From Octopus vulgaris (lineage: Eukaryota): a DNA stretch of 64,000 bases. The translations under genes were made by a program, and so were the position numbers. Below the pieces are notes generated by a model. The model worked only from the letters and a program-made list of their open reading frames with translations, ran no database searches and was not told the origin of the DNA. Of the stretch, positions 55,087 through 64,000 are shown piece by piece; positions within the stretch are counted from its first letter, which is position 1; each line of letters starts with the position of its first letter. The stretch is taken from assembly GCA_951406725.2 (NCBI GenBank), contig OX597822.1, positions 41,478,001 to 41,542,000 on the forward strand, in the 5' to 3' direction.

Positions 55087-55268
55087 GTGTTTGTCCCTCC
55101 TCCATCGCTTGACAACCGATGCTGGTATGTTTACGTCCCTGTAACTTAGCGGTTCGGCAAATAAGTACTAGGCTCACAAAGAAGAAGTCCTTGGGTCGAT
55201 TTGTTCGACTAAAGGCGGTGCTCCAGTATGGCTGCAATCAAATGATTGAAACAAGTAAAAGAATAAAA
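55087..55268 (+). mobile_element. SINE family B 3' half
   Basis: GCTTGACAACCGATGCTGG...AAAGGCGGTGCTCCAG. Confidence 0.8.
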
Positions 55269-55326
55269 GAATATATGTACATATATATATATATAAATCT
55301 ATATATGTATGCATGTATATAATATA

Positions 55327-55389
<63 letters not shown>

Positions 55390-55413
55390 TAGTAGATGTG
55401 TAGATGTATGATG

Positions 55414-55455
<42 letters not shown>

Positions 55456-55456
<1 letters not shown>

Positions 55457-55652
55457 TTTATTTAAAAGCAGCAGAAATATAACAAATGCTGTTACTCAGA
55501 GTTTCACGTTCCTGTTCGTAGAACGGGAACGTGAAACTGAATAACACTTCTTGTTATAGTTCTGCTGCTTTTAAATAAAGCATATTACTCTACCTCTGGT
55601 ATTTGAGTGCTGTTTTTTCCACCTTGTTTCACATTTATGTGCTTACTCCGGT
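55456..55652 (+). mobile_element. Foldback element F5: about 60-bp arms folded inside a hammerhead core, 3' tail
   Basis: Arms 55456-55517 and 55521-55580; minus left arm reads ACGA-ACAGGAACGU-GAAAC-UCUGA-GUA. Confidence 0.7.
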
Positions 55653-55708
55653 ATACACACACACACACACACACACATACACACACATATGTATGTATAT
55701 ACATATAT

Positions 55709-55739
<31 letters not shown>

Positions 55740-55806
55740 GATTTATATATATAAGTAGATGTGTATGTATATATATATATATATTATATATATATATAAT
55801 TCTTAG

Positions 55807-56160
55807 ACAAACATATTATTGACAGTGATTTCCTGGTTTTAGCCAATTAAGCTATCGTCGGACTGCGATGTTGATCTTAGCTTGAAATATTTTCTGTTGA
55901 ATTTAAATCTTCCTTGAGTCTGTGGATCTGAGGAGAATAGTAACTAAATTTATAAGGTGGGTTGTTATGGAAAAATTTTTATTGATTAAATTTGGGATTA
56001 TGTTATTGTTTAGAATTTATTCATGTATGTTGAACTTTGTGTGGGGGTGTGCACCTTTTGTTATTTAGGCACATGATATGTCATTAGTTTTAGTTCCTTT
56101 TGGTTTTATAGGATATAATCCTTTGCCTTGACAATGTTTAAATGATTAATTCCAATAAAA
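55807..56160 (-). mobile_element. Possible PLE 3'-end remnant with degenerate hammerhead (55823-55865)
   Basis: Minus LNNKR...MNKF-like fragment, then CAGU-CCGACGA-UAGC..GCUA-AAAC...AUC-ACUG. Confidence 0.4.
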
Positions 56161-56322
56161 CCAAAAAAGAGCAAAAACTCCTGACACATCACGTGCCCAT
56201 CTAACAAAAGGGACACACCAACACACTTGCTTACAAAGTTCTACAGACGGGAACGAATTCTAAACATCATAGCCCCACACTTAATCAGTACATTTTTTTC
56301 CGTCACACATTTCCATAACAGT

Positions 56323-56475
56323 CGTGGCTGTGTGGTAAGAATTTGGTTCTCAACTACATGGTTCCCGGTTCATTCCCACTGCGTGGCACATTGCGAAGGT
56401 GTGTTCCACTATAGCCGCGGACCTAGCAATGCTTTGTGAGTGGATTTGGTTGATGGAAACAGAAAGAAGCCAGTC

Positions 56476-56523
<48 letters not shown>

Positions 56524-56842
56524 CGGCTTAGAGAAGAAGAAACGAAACGAAACGAATCGAATCGACGCGAGGGCGCTCAGTCATACAATAGTGTAATAAA
56601 TAAAATATATGCATACATGCAAACATATATGTACGTACCTACATCTACATGTATATAGACATGCATATATAAATATATATACGTGTGTACAGGACACCAC
56701 AAATAGACGTAGAACTCAACGAGAAACGAAAAATTAAAAACACCATGGAAAGGACCATTTTTTTAACAACGAAAAAACAGAGTACAAGACAACTACACAA
56801 GGAAAAATCCCCTTCATCAGCTGTTCCTAGTTCAACTCCAGC

Positions 56843-56882
<40 letters not shown>

Positions 56883-57092
56883 GTGTGTGTGTGTGTCTTT
56901 GTACCTCTGTTTGTACCCCACCACTACTTGACAACCGGTGTTGGTGTGTTTATGTCCCAGTAACTTACCGGTTCTGCAAAAGAGACTGACAGAATAAGCA
57001 TCGAACTTTAAAAGTATTAGGATCGATTCATCCGACTAAAATTCCTGAAGGTGGTGCCCCAGTTTGGCCGCAGTCAAATGACGGAAACAAGA
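56323..57092 (+). mobile_element. SINE family B split by an insertion in its internal microsatellite
   Basis: 5' half 56323-56478 and 3' half 56895-57092. Confidence 0.7.
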
Positions 57093-57697
57093 TAATAGAT
57101 AATAACTCACTCCACTCAAACCCACAAGGAAGACCTTAACTCAACAGAGAATAATGAAAAATTGCTTTTATTATAACACACATTAGTATCTATCTATCTA
57201 CCTACCTATCTGTCTATCTACCTATCTATCTATCTATCGATCTGTCTATCTATTTATCTATCTATCTGTTTTCTTTATACATACATACATACATGCATAC
57301 ATATATACAAACATACATACATATATGTATTGCTCCATACATCTAGTTGAAGAAATGTATACACACGTGCAATATTTAAAGGGCACAAAAATGTAAGCCT
57401 AAAGACTTAACGAACCTTTTCCTTTTTCTTTTCCTTTTTCCTTTTTCTCCTGTCAATATTCCTCTGATAAACTCTAAATCATCCTGACGATGTTTGTTAC
57501 ATGGAACGAGCCATGCAAATTTACCTCAAAAATAAGAAACTGAAACAGGTGTAAATGTTACTTTAACTACAATTAAACTATGACCATTTAATGCCAATGA
57601 TCAACTTCTAATTGTTAATTGTTACTCCATTTCTTTTCTCATCTTTATATACATACATATACATACATAAACATACATACATACATACATACATACA

Positions 57698-57731
<34 letters not shown>

Positions 57732-57740
57732 CATATATAC

Positions 57741-57816
<76 letters not shown>

Positions 57817-58699
57817 CAAGTAAGAAAATGGAGAGGATACAAAACAACATATATCATCCGGTAGACCTTCCAGTGTGTCTATTTATTCCAAAGCATTAGA
57901 AAGTATTCGAAGAAAACATACACATGTAGTAACTATGTGTTTCATACACATGTATTAATATTACAGACAAGAGCAAAAGATCAGTTCCTTACGTCCGTCT
58001 CTGCCAAGAGGCAACGAAATCCTCCATGCAATCTACATATATTCAGTGTTCTGTAGGGATAGGCAGATAAAGTTTGGATGATGAGTGTGCCTCTAGGCTT
58101 CTTCAGGGTGTCTAAGAGGTTAGGCGGGCTAATACATATAATAAACAGTTAACAATAGGTACAGTATATTTGTCATTATTAAAAAGGGCAGAAAAAGACA
58201 TGAGGCTGTCAATGAAGTATAACTTACTAAGATGAATTAGGTTCCGGAAGGGGAAATAAGCGACAAACTTCCCGTGATGTATTCCAGGCTCCATGTTAAT
58301 TCGTCCAATGGTGGATATGTGATTATAGATCTTGGGAGGAGCTTTTAGGAGGGGTGAATTTAGGCAGTAGTTAGCATTATGTTTACATAGAAATACAGTG
58401 GTGGATTTGAAGGTATGGTCCGTGTTACGGAGGTAAAAGTTTATATGTAAAGTGCCAGCTAGTAGGTGCAACGTCGCGGATGGTATGGCATAAGCAGCCT
58501 ATGATGGTGAACTCATTATGAGAAAATTTGGTATATAAGTGTACTAATGAGAGTAAGGAACCAGGTGGTGACTAAAGTGTGGTGTTACTGTTCGTTATTT
58601 TTTTGATGATCAACAAGTCTCTGAATTCCTCTGTGTAGTGGGGTGGGGGTCATGGTCAGTCCTACAACCTAATTGGTCGGCTGTTTTTTTATGTTTTTT

Positions 58700-58952
58700 T
58701 GAAAACCATGACCTAATACCAATAGTAATTGGTGCACTTGGAAGTATCAACACTCAACTGCCAACAGGGCTGAAAAAGATTGCTGTAAGTATGAAATTAG
58801 AACATCTTCAAAAATCAGCATTGCTTGGAACTGCAAGAATTCTTCGCAGGGTTCTTGAAGCATGACCAGTAAACAAATGTCATCTCAGTCTGCTGGCTGT
58901 GGACAGCTGACACTTTGCATCATACCTAGCAAAATAAGCTGTGAGTTTTCAT
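58700..58952 (+). mobile_element. R4/Dong-clade LINE 3' end followed by (AGA)n
   Basis: IPIVIGALGS...LQKSALLGTARILRRVLEA*. Confidence 0.8.
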
Positions 58953-59039
58953 AGAAGAAGAAGAAGAAGAAGAAGAAGAAGAAGAAGAAGAAGAAGAAGA
59001 AGAAGAAGAAGAAGAAGAAGAAGAAGAAGAAGAAGAAGA

Positions 59040-59207
59040 ATCCTTTCTACTACATGCACAAGGCCTGACATTTTTGGGGGGTGGGGGACTAGTGTCGACC
59101 CCAATGTTTTACTGGTACTTATTTTTTCGACCCCGAAAGAATGAAAGGCACAGTCGACATCGGCTGAATTTGAACTCCTAAAGACGGCGTGCTAATGATT
59201 CTGCCAG
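59040..59207 (-). mobile_element. SINE family C (internally deleted)
   Basis: TCCTTTCTACTA...CCCCGAAAGAATGAAAGGC...CTGCCAG. Confidence 0.75.
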
Positions 59208-59243
59208 ATGTCTGATAAAGAAAGAAAGAAAGAAAGAAAGAAA

Positions 59244-59309
<66 letters not shown>

Positions 59310-59329
59310 AAATACTTCTGCACCAAAAA

Positions 59330-59960
59330 GTCAATGGTCACGGCAATCACCAGAGAACCATTGCAACTTGCTATACAATGCCAAGGAGTCAAATTGCTCA
59401 GGCTGACAAGTTTAAGTACTTCCTTCCATCGTTGGCCAAATAGCGGACTGCAACCAGAAAATAAGAACAAGGAATGATGTAGGAAGTTCCGCACTGACAT
59501 TACTTAGTATAACGTTGAAAATTGGCCCAACAGCCAAAGCATCAAGCTGAAACTCCTAAAACGCTAGTCTGGTTAGTAACATTCTATGGGTGGCAAGCAT
59601 GGGTCCTAAAGGTGGCTCATACCGAACAAGAGAAGGCATTAGAAATGAGGGTCAACAGAGGAGTAACTGTGGATCAGTTGGGTGTCATGGAGAAAGAATA
59701 ATTCAGTCCTAGAAGTGATAGGACCAAGTTAAAATCGGTGACGATGGTCAGAGGGGGAAAACTGCAATATACTGGACACTTCATCACAGATCAGAACTTC
59801 TGTGCCTACATCGGCACAGGCTCGATGTACGGACAACGGGGTCACTGCCGACGAATGCGAAGATGAAGAGCGATGACAATAAGGGTAGAGCAAGGAAGAC
59901 ATTGTATGAGGGCAGGGCTGTCGCACGAGGACTGCAGCATTCGTATATTGCGCTAGGGAG
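59330..59960 (+). mobile_element. Old RTE-clade (BovB-like) LINE remnant
   Basis: IKLKLL, LVWLVTFYGWQAWVL, ALEM, ISW, KLQYTGH. Confidence 0.65.
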
Positions 59961-61642
59961 AGGAGTGGTGCTTGTGTGGGATATCTCATCGGTGAGAATG
60001 AGCATAGTATTGAGAAATTCATTCATTCATAAATTTATGCGTATCTCTGTATACACACACATACACACACACACCACACATATATATATATATGTATGTA
60101 TGTATATATATGCATTCACAAATATAATCGTAGTTGTGTATATGAATATATAGACATATATATACATATGCGTTTTATGTGTATGTGTATGTCTTTGGAA
60201 GTGGACATAGACAGTCAATGTATTTGTAAAATGTGAATATATAATATAGGTGGATATACATACAATAATTATATATATATAAATGTATATATATATATAT
60301 ATATATATACATTTATATATATATATACATACATACATATATATATATATGTATGTATGTATATAGATATATATGTATGTATGTATGTATGCATATATAT
60401 ATGTATATATATATATATATATATACTATAAAGTACTATTCATCTATGTATATCTTCATGTTTGTTTATATATATATATGTATGTATGTATGTATATATA
60501 ATATATACACACGCATATATATATATATATACATATATACATATACATAGGCGCATATATATTTATAAAAAGTGTACGTACGTTTGTGTATACATATGTG
60601 TCTGCATGTGTGTGAGTATGATGATTATATCGCTATATATATTCGCGCACGTAGATTATACTAATGGACAGGAAGATGTGGTGAAGAGAAGGCTGTGAGG
60701 AGAATGATAGTGAAAGTGTGAGGAAGGAACATTGAAAGAGAAACAATGAAAGAGAGAAAGACATGGTTGCATGAGATGGGGAGAGGGAGAGAGCGCTAAA
60801 ATGAGAACACAAATTGTCAATGGAAGAAGCTGGCCACTTAGTGGAGTCAGTGTCTTGTTTTAGCCTCTAATCAAATGAATGTGGATGGTGGTTTTCGGTT
60901 CCGTTTCCATTAGATGTGTCGCCATCGTGAAAGACAACATGGCGACCCAACCAACAACTCCATTACAGCAGAAGATATTTTCTCTACCGCCATCTTCCTC
61001 TAGTTTACTGTGTGTTAAAGCCAATTTCAACTATAAAGTATGATATCACAGAACGTTCTAGAAATGATATTTTCAATCATATTTATATTTTTCTTCATAT
61101 TTAATGTTTTTATCATTTTTATTTTATATATTTATTTATTGTTCAGTGGAAAAAAACTGATTTTTATCTTTGCTCAACAATATGGTGTCTACGATTTACT
61201 TTAGTTCTTAACTCTTCTGGTGCCTAGCATTGTCTGCCAGCTTTAAAATAGAGCTGCTCTCTCTCTCTTTCTCTCTCTCACGCACACAAGAAGAGATAAA
61301 TACTAACACAAACACACACTGAAGGTCACGTGACTAATAGCATATAATTTGCGTATAGCTAGACGTTCAGTGGAAACATAAGTTAATGCAAGTGCGTGAG
61401 TGTATATGTATGTATATATATATAGAGAGAGAGGGGGGAGAAGAAGGAGGAAAGAGAGAAAAATATAGACATTGCCATATACATACATGCGTGTGTTTAT
61501 ATAAGCATGCACGTATATATGCTTACATTTAATGTGTGTATGTATATTCAATGCGACTATATACATTTATATATCTTCAGTAAATACACACACACGCATA
61601 TATATATATTCATTTTAAGTTTATATGTATATACATGCATTC

Positions 61643-61685
<43 letters not shown>

Positions 61686-62456
61686 CTGTTGGCTAGTTAG
61701 ATGAGTATGACCATCACTAACAAATTATCTTGTTTTGGGGTTCCTCTTTTTCTTCGTGTTCTTTTGTTTTGTTTGTATGCTTTTGTTGTTTTTGTTTTGT
61801 TTTGTTTTTTATTGGTTTTTTGTCGGTGATGACCATGGAACCTACTATAACTTTTAAAACCAGCAAATGACTTATATTTTATGTTGCAGAGGCGACATTC
61901 ATTTTCAAGAATTACACTCGGGTTCTCCTTTTGAATATTTTGGTGCCAATGTCAAAACATAATTTTGCCTAATACGTTTTAGCTGAGTGCCTAATAAACA
62001 TAAAAACAAATTCATGTTTAGATTGACGACATACCGAAATAAAAAAATTTGGCTAAAAAGAAAAGGCACGCGAAAATAGATATTCGCCCTATATATTAAA
62101 TTGAATATATTCATATATTTTTTTGCCGGACACGAATCCGTTTCTAACTGACCACGTTTAGAATAATACTTGTGATGCTACTCATATGCAGGAGACAGAA
62201 GGAAAAGAAAATCATAAGAGGTATCAACTCATTATATACACACCAATGAAACCGAACAAGAAACCCGAAGAGATACAAACGTAAAAATGGAAATAAAACT
62301 GAAATGATAAATTTTTTACTATCTATTTACCTCTAAAAGCATGTAAAAGGTAAGTAACTGTAAATAAAGTATTTAAAAAACAACCCACAGACTTGATTTC
62401 ATATATCAGGTATGGATATCTATTTGCTATGTATATTAGCTATGACATGGTACGTG

Positions 62457-62778
62457 GTACTCCGTCGCTAACGACAACGAGGGTTTCAGTTGATCCGATT
62501 AACGGGACAGCCTGCTTGTGAAATTAACGTGCAAGTGCCTGAGCACTCCACAGATACGCCTACCCTTAACGTGGTTCTCAGGGATATTCAGCGTGACACA
62601 GAATGTGACAAGGCTGGCCCTTTGAAATACAGATACTACTCATTTTTGGTAGCTGAGTGAACTGGAGCAACGTCAAACAAAGAGTCCTGCTCAAGGACAC
62701 AACGTGCTGCCGGGGTCCGAGCTCCCGATTTTACGATTGTGTGCTGAACACCTTAACCACTGAGCCATACGCCTTCAC
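62457..62778 (-). mobile_element. SINE family D head with tail type 2
   Basis: Minus GAAGGCGTATGGCTCAGTGG...GTCCTTGAGCAGGAC...; tail as in 45449. Confidence 0.85.
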
Positions 62779-63100
62779 CTAAGCCATCAGAAATCAAGAC
62801 TATAATATGATTTTATACACACACACACATACATGCTAGAGTTAAGAACAAGAATTAGATAAGATCCGGGCTACATATGTGTCATAGCAAGCGGAACCTC
62901 GCAAGTGGTAAATATGCAAGCGAGGTGTATAGCGCAAGCTAAGCAAGGTGGTACATGTTAACACATGAAGAATTCAATCAGAATGTGTAGAGAGCACAGT
63001 AGGAGAAGAGAATATAAATGTCGAAAGAAATTATGATTAAAGGAAGGAAAAAGAAAAAAACATATAGGAGTGGGCAGAAAGAGGAATTTAAGCAAAGTCA

Positions 63101-63526
63101 AAGGCAGTGAGCTAGCAGAAACGTTAGCACGCCGGGCGAAATGCTTAGCGGTATTTCGTCTGCGTTACGTTGTGAGTTCAAATTTAACCGAGGTCGACTT
63201 TGCCTTTCATCCTTTCGGGGTCGATAAATTAAGTACCAGTTACGCACTGGGGTCGATATAATCGACTTAATCCGTCTGTCTGTCCTTGTTTGTCTCCTCT
63301 GTATTTAGCCCCTTGTGGGTAATAAAGAAATAGGTATTTCGTCTGCTGCTACGTTCTGAGTTCAAATTCCGCCGAGGTCGACTTTGCTTTTCATCCTCTC
63401 AGGGTCGATAAATTAAGTAATAGTTGCGTACTTGGGTCAATAAATTAAGTACCAATTGTGTACTGGGGTCGATTTAATCGACTGGCCCCTTCCCCCAACA
63501 TTTCGGACTTTGTGCCTAGAGTAGAA
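63101..63526 (+). mobile_element. SINE family C, dimeric
   Basis: Two body units; 17-bp TSD GAATTTAAGCAA(A/G)GTCA. Confidence 0.9.
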
Positions 63527-63916
63527 AAGAATTTAAGCAAGGTCATTTGACCGGTAGTATTCAATGGTGTTGTTTTGGCTGAATCACAGAAATTAGCAAG
63601 GGGAGTGGTATTTGGAAAAAGATAATCTGGAGTGGAGAGGATGAGGAAATATTTGTATGCATGAAGAAAGCGAGGCAGAACGGGCGAGAATCGTGGCGGC
63701 TACTACCAGCAATCAATTAAGGTGTGTATATTGTGTGCAGTGAGCGTGTTAACAGTATGAAGTAGTAAAGGTATATGTTGGTGTATGTTCTTGTAAGTTT
63801 ACAAAGGAGAGGTAGGAGAGAGGAGGCAGGTGAAATAAGTGGAAAAAAATTATAAATGGTAAGGTAAGATACAGAGAGAAGTATGTAAATGACAAAAAGG
63901 AATTAAAGGGAAACTA

Positions 63917-63949
<33 letters not shown>

Positions 63950-64000
63950 ACTTTTTTAAAAAGTTCCTACCGATAATGGTTATATTTCCATACCGAAATC

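Noticed and set aside
57484-57512. CTGACGA-TGT..ACAT-GGAAC
   Set aside because: Mutated core, with no stem I or NUH site.
58112-58471. 119-aa non-repetitive ORF
   Set aside because: No recognisable motif; probably a decayed TE and cannot be supported as a gene.

Overview
AT-rich eukaryotic DNA saturated with microsatellites ((TA)n, (CA)n, (ATAC)n, (ATAG)n, (ATT)n). I find no supportable host protein-coding exon; almost all ORFs in the track are translated microsatellites. The repeat landscape suggests intronic or intergenic DNA of a coleoid cephalopod such as Octopus (inference, not verified). The window contains two 5'-truncated Penelope-like elements (PLEs; RT + GIY-YIG), R4/Dong-type and RTE LINE remnants, Tc1/mariner fossils and MITEs, Helitron/Helentron-type non-autonomous elements, and four tRNA-derived SINE families that exchange modules. 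The most notable signal is about 13-15 minimal type-I hammerhead ribozyme (HHR) motifs from several unrelated families. Several sit in small non-coding foldback elements with one shared layout: inverted arm, HHR-bearing unit, short unpaired 3' tail, all embedded in (TA)n. One further HHR lies downstream of a tRNA B-box, forming a SINE-like chimera. All alignments and folds were done by eye and boundaries are approximate.
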